Assembly (NCBI GenBank): GCA_963823665.1
Contig: CAWGMQ010000005.1
Span: 1,120,001-1,184,000, forward strand
DNA: 64,000 nucleotides
Source of the DNA: an uncultured Planctomycetota bacterium
GTDB lineage: Bacteria > Planctomycetota > Planctomycetia > Isosphaerales > Isosphaeraceae
Direction of reading: 5' to 3'
Made by a program: the position numbers and the translations under genes. A model generated the notes under the pieces. It did no database searches, was not told the origin of the DNA, and saw only the letters and a program-made list of their open reading frames with translations. This document shows, in pieces, positions 1 to 11,300 of this stretch. The first letter of the stretch is position 1; every line of letters starts with the position of its first letter.

Positions 1-1155
1 ATTAGGCTTGGAGTCAGCGCTCGCGGCCGACATTCCCCTCGCGAAACCCGGCACATATGCGAAGATACCTCGGGACGAACACGCCGCACGTGGCGCTCGG
101 CCGCGACGAATTCGCGCGGGACAGCCCGATTCATCGAATTGTCCTCTAATGCTCTGTCACAGCTAAAAACTCGGATCGGTCCTCGCGGGAACCATCCGGA
201 AAACCACGACGATCTTAAGCTGGTGCACCCGAAAACTAAGCTCTTACAAAGCACTAATTTGTCCGCCAAGCCGCACTTTGGGATCTCAGTGGCAAGAGTT
301 AGGCCAGTGGGAAGAAACGACGGTAGTGTTCGAACCACCTTCAGTGCTACGTGAGTCGTGTGTCAGTGAGCACCGTTAGCGGAGACAACTATGGGCATCA
401 TGCGAATCATCCGCAATTCGACCTGGGACACGATCGAGGCCGCGAACAACTGGCTTATTCGGACGCGTGCGGGCGATCCGGCGATCTCGGCCCAGGAGCG
501 TGCGGGGATTAACTTCTCCATCCTGCTCAACTCGAGTTGCTATGTCGAAGGAAATCTCGAGTGGCTGTTCATTCAGTTGCTAGAAGCGCACGCTGAACGA
601 TTTCACTCGATCGAGAAGCCGCATTTCGAGACTCGTCGCTCGGTCAATAGGTTCTTTAAGCGCCTGGTGAAAGAGGTCGATGAACGGATTTGCCGCGCGA
701 CGGGTCCGGACAACTATTGTGTGGCGTTTCAGTTGCTCGTCGGCGAGAGATTGAGCGATTGCGCACACGATCCCCAATCGTGGGAGGGGATTCGCGTCCT
801 TTTCTATCTCAGGAATGTCATCGCACACGGCAGGATGGCTACCGCAAAGTACACGATGACGACCGGGACACAGGAAGAGCCCGAATGGGACGCAGAATTT
901 AAGGGAGGATACGCGAGGGTGTGCGAATACCTCGAAAAGCGCGGTCTCGCAAGCCAAAAGTTCGGCTGTCACCGGGCGCTTCAAAACCAGCCAATTATGG
1001 GCGCTTATCGGTAGTTCAAAACCAGCCACCCCGTTCGGGTAGTTACATTGGTCAATTCAATACAGCTCTACGGTAATCACGACTGACTGAGAACTTGCTT
1101 TGCTTGGCCGAATCGGTCTTTGACTTTTCCGGCGGAGCCGAATTGGCTCCTCATT

Positions 1156-2079
1156 TTAACGCTTCGTTGTGGTCTTGCCTCCTCCCTTTCCGCTGGCGTT
1201 GGAGCCAGATGGCGCCTTGGCTGGTTTTGAATCTGGTGGGTTCTCTTCCGACCCGGAGGGCGCTTTGGCTGGTTTTGAATTCGAACCACCATGCTCAGAG
1301 CCGGAGGGCGCTTTGGCTGGTTTTGAATCTTCAAACCCGTTTCCGCCCGAAGCCGATTGGTGCCGCAGGCGGTAACTTCGGCCCTCCAATCGCACGAGCT
1401 CGGCATGATGCAGGAATCGATCCAAGATCGCCGTGGCACTCGGCACATCCCCGAGAAGCTTTCCCCAATCCTCGAGCGGACGGTTCGATGTCATCATCGT
1501 TGACCGTGTCTCATACCGCCGCATCACGACCTCGAAGAGACATTCACCGGAACGCCTCGGCAATTGCTTCATTCCCATGTCGTCGATGATCAACAACTCG
1601 GGCTTCAGGTACATCGTCAGCATCTTGTCCTCCTGCCCCAACACCTGATCATGCAGGAAGTCCCGGACCAGGTCGAAGACCGAGCGGTAAAGAACCGTGT
1701 AACCGGCCTTGACGGCTTGATACCCGATCGCTTGTACGAGATGGCTCTTTCCGAGGCCGGGCGGTCCCAGCCAGAGCACGTCGCGCCCTTCGCGGAGGAA
1801 CCGACAGCTCGCCAAGTCGTACACCTGCTTGCGGGGGATCGACGGGTTGAACGACCAGTCGAAGTCTTCCAACGACTTCCGCTCGCGAAACTCAGCCGCT
1901 TTGAACCGTCGCTGGAATTGGCGATCGGCTCGCACCGCCAGCTCGTCTTGAAGGATCAGCTCAAGGAACTCGCTGTGGCTGAGGCCGTGGCCAGCGGCCT
2001 CCTGTAGGCGAATCTCCAGGCTCTCCAAGAGTCCGGAGAGCCGTAGTTGCCTCAATACATTTCTCAGTGGTTCATTCAT
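1156..2079 (-). CDS. istB: IS21 helper AAA+ ATPase IstB
   Basis: Walker A GPPGLGKS, Walker B LLIIDD, ILDRFLHH and GRSYR motifs; C-terminal tail of three SKPAKAPSGS repeats. Confidence 0.95.
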   Translation of the reverse strand: MNEPLRNVLRQLRLSGLLESLEIRLQEAAGHGLSHSEFLELILQDELAVRADRQFQRRFKAAEFRERKSLEDFDWSFNPSIPRKQVYDLASCRFLREGRDVLWLGPPGLGKSHLVQAIGYQAVKAGYTVLYRSVFDLVRDFLHDQVLGQEDKMLTMYLKPELLIIDDMGMKQLPRRSGECLFEVVMRRYETRSTMMTSNRPLEDWGKLLGDVPSATAILDRFLHHAELVRLEGRSYRLRHQSASGGNGFEDSKPAKAPSGSEHGGSNSKPAKAPSGSEENPPDSKPAKAPSGSNASGKGGGKTTTKR

Positions 2080-2158
2080 GGAGAAAACTCCTGGTGTGGT
2101 GTGGAAAATGTCGTGCTCGATCTCGATCGCCGATCACAGAATCAAAATGTCATCTCCG

Positions 2159-2227
2159 TCCCTCCCGCCTTCGCCATCGCCTCGCCCTCACTTGAACTGG
2201 GCGAGGCGATGGCGAAGGTGGGAGGGA
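2159..2227. repeat. 29-bp inverted repeat (hairpin) between istA and istB
   Basis: TCCCTCCCGCCTTCGCCATCGCCTCGCCC, an 11-nt loop, then GGGCGAGGCGATGGCGAAGGTGGGAGGGA; one mismatch. Confidence 0.9.
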
Positions 2228-2369
2228 GCATCCCTCTTGCCGAGCCGGAGCTGAGCCCCGTCCCCTCTTTTTCGCCGGAAACTCGGTAGCCACTGCAACG
2301 TTGTTTGCACCGTGACCGGCGGAGGTCTGCCAAGTCGATTCAGGCACTCCCGCTCAAAGCAACTCTGAT

Positions 2370-3950
2370 TCATGAGTTGTTCCCCTCGTATCGAGATTGG
2401 AATGCGTCGCGGACAAACTGGCCATATTCACTCATTGGTCGGATCATAGGATGCTCGTTCATGAATGGCAGCAACTCTTGCTTGGGTCCCTGGCGCTTCA
2501 GGAGCGCACGGATTGTCCGGAGGCGATACTCGCCGTAACCGTGCGCAATTTCGCAAGCGTGATCGATTGCCGAGGCGAGATGCCGGCTGGAAAGGTTCAA
2601 AAGGCCGATCAACACTCGCACTCCCTCGACTCCGCGGGCTCGGATCATCGCCTCTGCCCAAGCGGTGCTCTTGGGTCCCAGCCGAGTGGTCACTCTGCGC
2701 AGAAGCCAGGCTGCCCCTTTCTCGACCCCGCTGATCTTATTGGGGTGAATCAGTTCAGGCGGTGTGCTGAAACGACCTGGTTCCTTCCTGAGATGCACGG
2801 CGATCTTCTCCATCCGATCGTTGTAGATCGACACCAGGCGGCTGTCCCAGCGCACCCAGACGTCCCGGTCCCGGTATTCCGGCGGCACCGCATAGTAGGC
2901 CCGCTTGACCTCAACATGGCCATCGCGGTGGACAGTGCGGCGGCCCTCGTGGAACGACGGGAATAGACCCAATGGCAACGGTACCAGTGCCTCGCGCTCG
3001 ACCTCGGCGAAATGCTTGCCGACCTGGCGACGGGTGGTGCCATGGATCCGGGTGTCAGCGACGGTCAGCTCCCAGTTCAGTAGGAAAGCATTCTGCTCCT
3101 CCAGGCTGGGGAATCGCCGTGCCTTGAGAGCGTTGCTCTGGACGTAGTCGACGCTTTTTTCGACCTTTCCCTTGTGCCGAGGTGTCCGGGGTCGCGTGGG
3201 CCAGAAGACAAAGCCGTAGTGCTCTCCGAAGGAGCGGACCTTGGGATTGAGCTCGGGATCAAACCAGTCGGCCTTCGTCACGGCGGCCTTCAGGTTATCC
3301 AGAACCAACCGTCTCGGTACGCCACCGAAGTGGCGAAAGGCACTTTCAATGCAGCGAAGGAATTCATCGGTGGTCTGGCGATAGACGGCCTCGGAGTAGG
3401 CCTTGCGAGAGTGGGACAGCACGATGCGGAAGACATGGGTTCTGCGGCGCTTGCCGTCGGTTGTGTAAACCGGAGCACCAGTGCCGAAGTCGACCTGGGC
3501 CTCCTCCCCTGGCTCACACTCAAGGCGCCGGAAGGGAAGCTCTTGTACCGGCTCGAGGCGGCGAACAAAGCGACGGACGGTGTAGTAGCTCCCCTGGAAG
3601 CCGTGTTCGGACGAGAGATCCTGGTAAATGCGTTGGGCGCTCAGGCCCTGGTTAAGCTTGGACTGAATGATGTCTCGCCAAGGCTCGCAATCGCTGAGTC
3701 GACCGCGAGCTTGGCTGCCGCGGTCGCTGGCCGAAGCGAGTGTCGGGACAGCCGCGCTTGCTGCAATTTCAGGGCCGCTCGAGCCGGAGGGCGCAATGGC
3801 TGGTTTTGGCGCCTCTCTGGCCTGCTTGAGGTAGCGAGCGACCGTCTCACGATTGATGTCCAGCTCGATGGCGATTTGGCGCTGGGACCATCCCCTGCGA
3901 TGCAGGGACAAGATAGCGTCTATCATGGCCACTTTGAGGCAATTCGACAT
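2370..3950 (-). CDS. istA: IS21 DDE transposase IstA
   Basis: N-terminal HTH (SQRQIAIELDINRETVARY), AQVDFG, VLDNLK and KGKVE motifs. Confidence 0.95.
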   Translation of the reverse strand: MSNCLKVAMIDAILSLHRRGWSQRQIAIELDINRETVARYLKQAREAPKPAIAPSGSSGPEIAASAAVPTLASASDRGSQARGRLSDCEPWRDIIQSKLNQGLSAQRIYQDLSSEHGFQGSYYTVRRFVRRLEPVQELPFRRLECEPGEEAQVDFGTGAPVYTTDGKRRRTHVFRIVLSHSRKAYSEAVYRQTTDEFLRCIESAFRHFGGVPRRLVLDNLKAAVTKADWFDPELNPKVRSFGEHYGFVFWPTRPRTPRHKGKVEKSVDYVQSNALKARRFPSLEEQNAFLLNWELTVADTRIHGTTRRQVGKHFAEVEREALVPLPLGLFPSFHEGRRTVHRDGHVEVKRAYYAVPPEYRDRDVWVRWDSRLVSIYNDRMEKIAVHLRKEPGRFSTPPELIHPNKISGVEKGAAWLLRRVTTRLGPKSTAWAEAMIRARGVEGVRVLIGLLNLSSRHLASAIDHACEIAHGYGEYRLRTIRALLKRQGPKQELLPFMNEHPMIRPMSEYGQFVRDAFQSRYEGNNS

Positions 3951-4365
3951 GGTGCGGCTCCAGGAAAGGGGTCTCCCGAAAGCCTACATGTCGAATCCGC
4001 GTCTCCTCATTAGTGGCTGGTTTTGAAGCGCCCCATGGTGGCTGGTTTTGAGCGCCCGCTGTCAGTTCGGCGACGTCGACCTCGAAACGTTGGTATTCTC
4101 CGATCGCGTGGCCGATCACTTTTGGGACCTGGCGCAAGCCTTCACTCAAAGCGCCACGAACAAGGTCCAAGTTGAGCTCACCAAAGGATTCCCCGCGCAC
4201 CCCGCGGAAACCTAACCGCTGAAGCAACCTTATACGCGTATCGCCACCGGCGCAAGATCACACGGATTCTGCGATGCGTGTCTGGTATTTCCGGCCCTTG
4301 ACCAAGGCGCGGTATTCCGCCTGGGCGTCGATGCCGCGGAAGCAATTCCGGCGCGTTGAGATTCA

Positions 4366-5431
4366 TCATTTCGATGGCGAAGGGATCCGCTGGCTGGTCT
4401 CCGACTGGGCCGACATTCCCGATAACCGGACGACCACCGCGAGCAAAAGGTACACTGAGATGAGGACCAAGCGGACCTCATCCACCGACACGTCTGCATG
4501 AACTCCCTTGCAAGCCTTTTCGTACAGAGCATCCAGTCTCGACGCGATCGCCTCGATCTCCGCTTGTGCCATAGCGGCGGTGGTATTGCTCTGAACCTTC
4601 TGATCGAAAAATGCTAGTAAGCGGTTCTTGTACTCTTCCGTCCCAACCTTGCGGGACCGCCCTCTTGAATCGATGAACGGCCCGTTCTGCGCAGGAAACA
4701 CTGCGTCGGCCACGGTCTGAAAAAGTCGACGGCAGGAGGTAAGCGCATGCGTGAGTGCTTCAGGATCACCGGATTCGAACCGCTCGAATGCCACCGCCAT
4801 CTGATCTGCCGCCTTGGGGGCGGATGCGCACAAAGTTGTCGATGCGTTCCCGCGCTTTTTCGAACAGGGTCTGTGCAGCGTCGCTCAGCGATAGTGCGTG
4901 ATGGCAGTCTGTCGCGTAGTTATGGAGGGCGGATTTCAGCCCGTTAAACATTGAGGCATTCTGTGAATTCGTGTTTCGAGCAGCACTGACCGCTCGGTCG
5001 TAAGCCATCGTCACCCCACTTATCGCACTGGCCATCCAGGTCGCCGTTTCTTCATTTGGATTACTGCTCGACACACTTGGCGCGATGTGTGCGGGAAATT
5101 GCAGCCCCTTGAGGACAAGCTTGCTTGCTTCGAGGTCCGCTTCGAACTCAGGAAGACTACTGTAATAATACTTATTGTCGTGCGTGAGTCGACCGCCTTG
5201 ACGCGCGTACCGCACGCATGTTCCGAGAGTTGCGAAGGCGAACTTCGGAGGATAGCCGCGTGCTTCGAGATCCAGCCAAGTGATGGCGTCTTGGTCGCGC
5301 ATTAAACGGGCAAGCCGTTTTGCCTTGAGCAGCGAGTTCATGATGGGCCCCGAACCGAGCTCGAGCTCGTCCAGTAGCGCCTCCGCCGTTTTGCGAGCAT
5401 CCTTGAGCCTCTGACCGTCGAGCTTCACCAT
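4366..5431 (-). CDS. AbiTii-like N-terminal domain protein with helical (Abi_C/HEPN-like) C-terminus; frameshift near 4830
   Basis: N-terminus LLKAKRLARL...WLDLEARGY fits the AbiTii pattern. Two ORFs join at DNFVR/ASAPKAA if a GC dinucleotide is restored. The C-terminus ends KGVH...VRLVLISVYLLL. Confidence 0.65.
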
Positions 5432-6200
5432 CGAGTAAGCTTCCTGATGTTCGGCAAACGGGCCCCCGAGTATCCCCATGATAACAGAGAAGCCGGCGCA
5501 GCGAGCCCGGGCCGCGCCCGGCCCTTCCTTCAGTCGGGGCGTCTCCTTGGGAGCGTCCTCAGTGGAGGGTCGCTGCGTGGTCTCGTTGTCGAGCTTCTCT
5601 CAGCGTCCGCTCGTGAACTGGCGCCGCCTCGCCGCCGAGCATTCGCCTCTGCTGAAGGAAGCGCGAGTAGAATGGGCATCCGCCGACGGGGCTAGCGACC
5701 ACTGCATCGTATGCGTCCGACATCTCCAGTAGATGGCGCAGACGGTCGATTGGTTGGCGAAGCCGGCGAGTCGTGCGTTGCCGGCTCAAGGCGTTCTACG
5801 TCGAACGCCGGCGCCGTGCCTATCCCTTGTCACGTCGCTGCGCTTTCTCGCGCGACTTCGAGTGTACGATTCAGGACGTGTTCGGTGTGTGCCAGCCACT
5901 ATCAGTCCGGTAGCAAGCCGACCAATAACTCCAGGCTCGCGTCGACCGAGAGCTGCAAGATTACGTCGTGCAGGTAGGCCCAAGCCACAAGTCGGCGCCG
6001 CCTCGCTCCGGCCGCCTGTAGAACCCGGCCCTCGGTCGCCAACGAAGAGATTCCAACGATCGCCAACTTGGTACAATCATTCCAGCCTGCTCGCGCTACT
6101 TAATCCATCTTGCCCCTGGCGACATCTCCTGGCCAGCATGCTACGTCCTCGCTTCAAGAGGAATGAGATTCGCCAACCCTTTTACAGCCACTCTACCTAC

Positions 6201-7735
6201 ATGCATATCAATACAGCTGAAGAATCCGTCAAGCGACAGGACGCAGAAACGCTGCGAAGAATGGGTTATGCCCAGGAACTGCTCCGGGCAATGCGCGGAT
6301 TCTCCAACTATGCGATCTCCCTGTCGATCATTTGCATCGTCGGGGTCTTTGCATCTTTCCATATCGGCTTTTGCGCCGTAGGGGGCGCCGCTGTCGGGAT
6401 CGGCTGGCCGATCGTTTTATTGTTCGTGCTAGCCGTCGCGGCGACCATGGCGCAAATCGCATCGGCCTTTCCGACTGCCGGTGGTTTATACCATTGGGCA
6501 TCGATCCTGGGGGGAAGAAGTTGGGGCTGGGTGACGGCTTGGTTCAACTTGCTCGGCTTGGTTACCGTGCTGGCGGCCATCAATGTGGGGACGTTTCTAC
6601 TTTGGTCCAAGTCGATCGGTACTGTATTCGGCCTGGACATCGGTGCCGCCGACGCAACGACGAGGGACGTCATGCAGATTGTCGGTGTCGTACTGATCAC
6701 AACCAGTCAGGCATTCTTCAATCATCTGGGCATTCGGGCAACGACCGTACTGACCGACTTCAGTGGCTACTGGATCCTGGCGGTCGCCGTCGCGATCACG
6801 TGCTCCCTACTCGCCTTTGCACCCGGATGGGATCCCGTGCGACTGATCACGGTCTCGAACTACAGCGGGCGATCCGGCCACGACGTCTGGCCGTGGACGG
6901 AGAACCGTCTGTGGCTGTCCGCATTGGGTTTCCTCCTCCCGGCGTACAACCTAACTGGTTTCGACGGGTCGGCGCACACCTCCGAGGAAACGATCGGCGC
7001 ATCCATCAACGTGCCCAAGGGCATCGTTCGTTCCGTTCTCGTATCGGGGCTGGTCGGCTGGATCATGCTCTCGGCTCTGGTATTGGCAATCCCGGACATG
7101 GACCGCGCCGCCGCGCTGGGAGACACGGTCTTCTACAGGGTCATCGAGGAAGTGCTGCCTCGCCCGCTCGCCGCAGCCATGTTCGTGGGAATTGCGACCG
7201 CCGTCTACCTGTGCGGGCTGGCCACCGTGACGTCGGCCTCTCGCATGGTATATGCGTTCGCCCGCGATGGAGGGTTGCCGTTCGCTGCACGCCTGCGGCG
7301 CATCCATCCCACACTCCGCAGTCCGGTCGCCGCGATATGGACCGTGTCGCTGTCTTCCATCCTCTTCACGGTCTATACGCCGGTCTATTCCACCATTATC
7401 AGCGTTTCTACGATTTTTCTGTACGTGTCTTACATCGTCCCGACGGCGCTGGGGGCCGTGGCGTTCCGCCGGACGTGGACTCGGATGGGACCATTCGACC
7501 TCGGCAGATTCTTTCGCCCCCTGGCCGTATTTTGCGTTCTGGGGTGCTCGATCCTAATTGTCATCGGGACGGCGCCCCGAACGAAAAGTCGGTCTGGCTC
7601 CTCTGTGCGACCGTGGTGATTCTATTCGCGTGCTGGTTTGGGTTCGAACGGAATCGCTTCTGCGGCCCGCCGAAGGTCGACCTGGCGGAGATCCAGCGGG
7701 AGACGCCAGGAGACGCGGCGCACCGCCGCGCGTAA
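6201..7735 (+). CDS. APC-family amino acid permease; frameshift in a C-run near 7575
   Basis: GYAQELLR, FPTAGGLYHW, GFDGSAHTSEET and SRMVYAFARDG motifs, with multiple TM helices. The last TM helix is in the alternate frame. Confidence 0.9.
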
Positions 7736-7769
7736 TCCGCCATACCCCACGCCCGCCCGAGGCTTCTCG

Positions 7770-8171
7770 TCAGCTGCGAAATGCGGCGAACATCGGGGTG
7801 GTGTCGAAGTACTCCCGGAAACGGACGACCTTGCCATCCCGGAAGTGGTAGACGTGGGCCCAATTCATTTCGAAGTGACGGCCCGTCGACTTCACGGAGA
7901 CGCGATCCCACCCCAGGACCACGACCGCGTCTTCGCCGACGATAAACTCGTGGATCTCGAATTCCTCAATCTGGGCGGCATCAGCGAATTTGCGGAAGTA
8001 ATCCGCCAACTCGCCACGGCCGCGGTACCGCCCCGAATAGGGGATCTCGGGGGGGATGAAGAGCTGCCAATCGATGTCTTCCGCACAAGCGGCGATCACA
8101 AACTGGAGGTCGCCGCGCGAAAAAGCGTCGTAAATGCTCTGCGTATTCTCGAGGTTCGACCGATTCTGCAT
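7770..8171 (-). CDS. SnoaL-like / NTF2-family protein
   Basis: YDAFSRGD...GRYRGR...HVYHFRDGKVVRFREYFDT. Confidence 0.9.
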   Translation of the reverse strand: MQNRSNLENTQSIYDAFSRGDLQFVIAACAEDIDWQLFIPPEIPYSGRYRGRGELADYFRKFADAAQIEEFEIHEFIVGEDAVVVLGWDRVSVKSTGRHFEMNWAHVYHFRDGKVVRFREYFDTTPMFAAFRS

Positions 8172-8355
8172 GGAATTCCTCCGCGCTCGGCGTCGGGCCA
8201 CGCCGCGAACTGGGCGACTTCACCGATTTCTAACAGAGGCGGGCCGCAATGTCAAAATTTTTACCATCGCAGTAATATTGCCCCATGATATTGAGTGGAT
8301 ATTATTACTTATTTGGCAAGATAGGTATTCGGACAAATCCGGGGAATCGACAATG

Positions 8356-11300
8356 CTACAGGGGATCGAGTCGTCTGGCGGGGCGGACGCCCAAGTCGAT
8401 GATCCGAGAGCCCGGCGGCCCGCTCAGGCGGTTCGCCGACCGAGCGGATGAGGCCGTGTTCAAGAAACTTCCACCGCGCTGGGCCCGTAGGCGACGGCTG
8501 CTGACGTTTCGTTCGCCATCAGCCTCCTGGACCGGTGATTCGTATCCACCGAACGAGTCCTTACACCATTCCCAGACGCCGCCGACGAGGTCGTGTAAGC
8601 CAAAGGGGTTCGCCATCGATCGGCCGACCGGTGAGTGCGTGATCTCCGATAGTTTACCCGCTCCGTCCAAGGAGCCTTCATCATCCCCACTCCACCACAC
8701 CGTGCTCGTTCCGCCCCGGGCCGCGTACTCCCATTGAGCTTCCGTCGGGAGGGCCAAACCAAGGCGCCTGAGTACGCGGTCGCACATAAACCAACTCAGA
8801 TTCTCCACGGGGTGCAACAGAGAGACCGGGTTCGACCAATTCCCGTGGGACGGCCGTGAAATGCTCGGGTTCCTGCCGGTGATCCGCCGCCACTGCCCTT
8901 GGGTCATCGGATACTTGGAAATGAAGAAGGCGTCCAGCGAGACAGCATGCACGGGAGATTCGTTCGGTTGTGCGCGAGGGTCCACATTCGGTGAACCGAG
9001 GGCGAAGTCGTCCTGCGGGGGTATCGCCCCCATCCTGAAGGTGCCAGCGGGGATAAGGACGAAGATCACGGCCGTTGACTCGGTGAGGATGAGCCTCTGC
9101 CCGGCGTGGCGTCGCGGCACCTTGCCTGAACGGAGGAAGGCAAACTCCGACAATCCGGACTCCGAATCCCTGCCGACCGGGACCAAACCGAGTTGAGGTC
9201 TCATGCGGAGCCCCCCATACAGCGGGGAGATGGTTGGATCGGAGATGCACACGATCGCATCATCCCATTCTTGCCGATAGTTCTCGATCGTCCTCAAGTA
9301 GACCTGGGACGCATGATGGAGCCTAGACTCGACATTCTCAATGGAGTCCTCGTGATGCTCGTCATCAGTAAGAGCAGAAAGCCGACGGACTGTTTCGAGC
9401 AGCACGCGGTGGTGATGCCTGTCCTCTTCCTCAAGGAAGGACCGTGGGCGGGCCTCTTCGATCATAAGCTGGAGGCGATTGATGACCCCATCGAGACTTG
9501 CTCTCCGTTTGTGCATCGATTCGAGAGAGAGACTACTGGCATCACCGACCCCATCAGCTGCAATGCCGGCGATTCTGTCATCGAGGCGCTGACGCCTCCT
9601 CACTAACGTTGCCAGTTTCTTCAAGAGCGGCGGATCGTCCGCCTCCGTAACCGACGGAAGGGCAATCGCCGGCTCGGCGCGCCGGCGGAAGTCGTTGAGC
9701 TTATTCCGATATTCGTCAAGCCTGGCAGCTATGCTCCGAGCCGTAGCCAGCCACTTCTCAAGCTCGGATATTCGGTCCGGGGTGGAAGGCCACATCTGCT
9801 TCGATTCTTCGACCAATGTTCTCAAGTCGCCCAGGAATCGGACGTCCATGAGCCGGCGTTCTTTCTCCAGCAGTTCGCCCTCGCGCCGCGATTCCAATTC
9901 CATCGCTCGCGAGAGGAATTCCTTCGCCCACTCGCTGGGCTCGTAGGCATTCCTGAAATAAGCGAGCTGCCCGCCTCGCGGCAGACCGCCTTCCGATCGG
10001 CCCGCGGCGCACCAAGCCTTCGCTGCATTGTCCAATTCATCTCGAATCTGTAATCTTGTCCTGTTTTCATCGATCCATTTTCTCAATCGCCCCCAATTCT
10101 GAATCACGGCCTCATGAGCCACTTCGACGGTCTTGCTGTGGGTCTCCGAGTCGTAGTCGACGACCAGGAGTCGTGCTTTCGGATTGGAAAGGGCTTCGAC
10201 GAGCCCGCTCACCCCCGATTCGTCGGAGCGACCCAGCGTGACCCGCCGTCGGCTGTCTTGACTCCCTTCGTCCGGTCGGCCGGGGCGTACCAAGCTGATA
10301 AAGAGACTACGCGCCATCTCTTGCTCGGCCGGGCTGAGCGTCTCGAATTCCTCGTCCACCCGCTGAGCGATGGCCCCGGATAACCCCCCGATTGCCCGGT
10401 ACGCTTCGTGCGTCAGTTGATCGCCGGATCGATGATTCCAGAGCAACTCCAGGGCGAATTCGAGGAGCGGAAGATTTCCCGGGGCGTTCCCGACGTCGTC
10501 CAGAATGCGGTCGACCAGACCGCTTTCAAAAGTCACCTCGCATCGCTTGGCGGGATCTTCGATAACGCTCCTGAGCTCCTCGCGCAACATCGGCGGTAAG
10601 TTGAGGGCGCTCCCCTGCAGCAAATCGGAGAACGTTCGATGGGTCAGGGCCTGTCCGTAGAAGTCGGCGCACAACGTGATTGCGAGGATACAGTCGGGGC
10701 TCAACCGGCGAGCTCGTCCGTCGACGACGCGCAACAGCGAGTCCAGGAAAAGGTTCCGGATCTCGACGTCGGGGCACAGCGAATACAGCTCCTCGAATTG
10801 GTCGGCGAACAGGAAGAAGCCGCGTTTGTCGGAACGCGATCGAATCATTTCATTGATATACCCGTCAACGGTTATGTTTTCGCTCATCAGTTCTCTGGCC
10901 AATGCGGAACTTTCTCGAAGGCGCTCTCGAATTCCCAGCCTCGGATCGGACGCCGAAACCAGGGCGGCGGACAGCGATCCGAAGGGGTCATTGCCGGGCC
11001 GGAAATGTGCGATTAACCGGTTTTCTTTCGTGCGGAGGTGACGCACCAGCCCCGCGAACATCAGTGAAGACTTACCACTACCTGACGGTCCGATCACCGC
11101 AACGAAGGGCTTGTGGCTCATTCTCACCAGCTGTTGCACGTATCGCTGCCGACCGCAGAAGCACTCCCAATCTTCTTCGCGGAAGGCGAGCAGTCCCCGA
11201 TAAGGGCACTCCGGGGCGACGATCGGAATATCACTTGCGTATGGCGTGACCGACGATTGATGTCGAGGCGCGGACGATTGTGCACGCCGGTTTATGGGCA

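Larger units (their letters stand above)
967..4064 (-). mobile_element. Complete IS21-family insertion sequence
   Basis: TG...CA ends with imperfect IRs (TGTCACCGGGCGCTTCAAAACCAGCCA vs TGACAGCGGGCGCTCAAAACCAGCCA), repeated subterminal motifs, 7-bp direct repeat GTTCGGC at 960-966 and 4065-4071, and istA plus istB inside. Confidence 0.95.
391..4215 (+). pseudogene. HEPN-motif protein (about 239 aa when rejoined) interrupted by the IS21 element; segments 391-966 and 4072-4215
   Basis: The ORF carries an RNVIAH (R-x4-H) motif. Removing the IS and one GTTCGGC copy joins ...QKFG in frame to DVDLETLVFSDRVADHFW...HPAET-stop (TAA 4213-4215). Confidence 0.75.

Noticed and set aside
146..302. MITE with ends TAATGCTCTGTCAC / GTGGCAAGAGTTA
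   Set aside because: The inverted-repeat match is weak, with no clear target duplication and no second copy.
1195..1335. Mini-CRISPR from three 48-bp-spaced repeats
   Set aside because: The repeats lie in frame in istB and match the IS end motif.
5733..6200. N-terminal extension of the permease
   Set aside because: Low-complexity Arg/Pro-rich translation; permease similarity begins near ATG 6201.
8356..9100. Diversity-generating retroelement targeting the FGE domains
   Set aside because: No reverse transcriptase and no template repeat differing at adenines is visible in the window.
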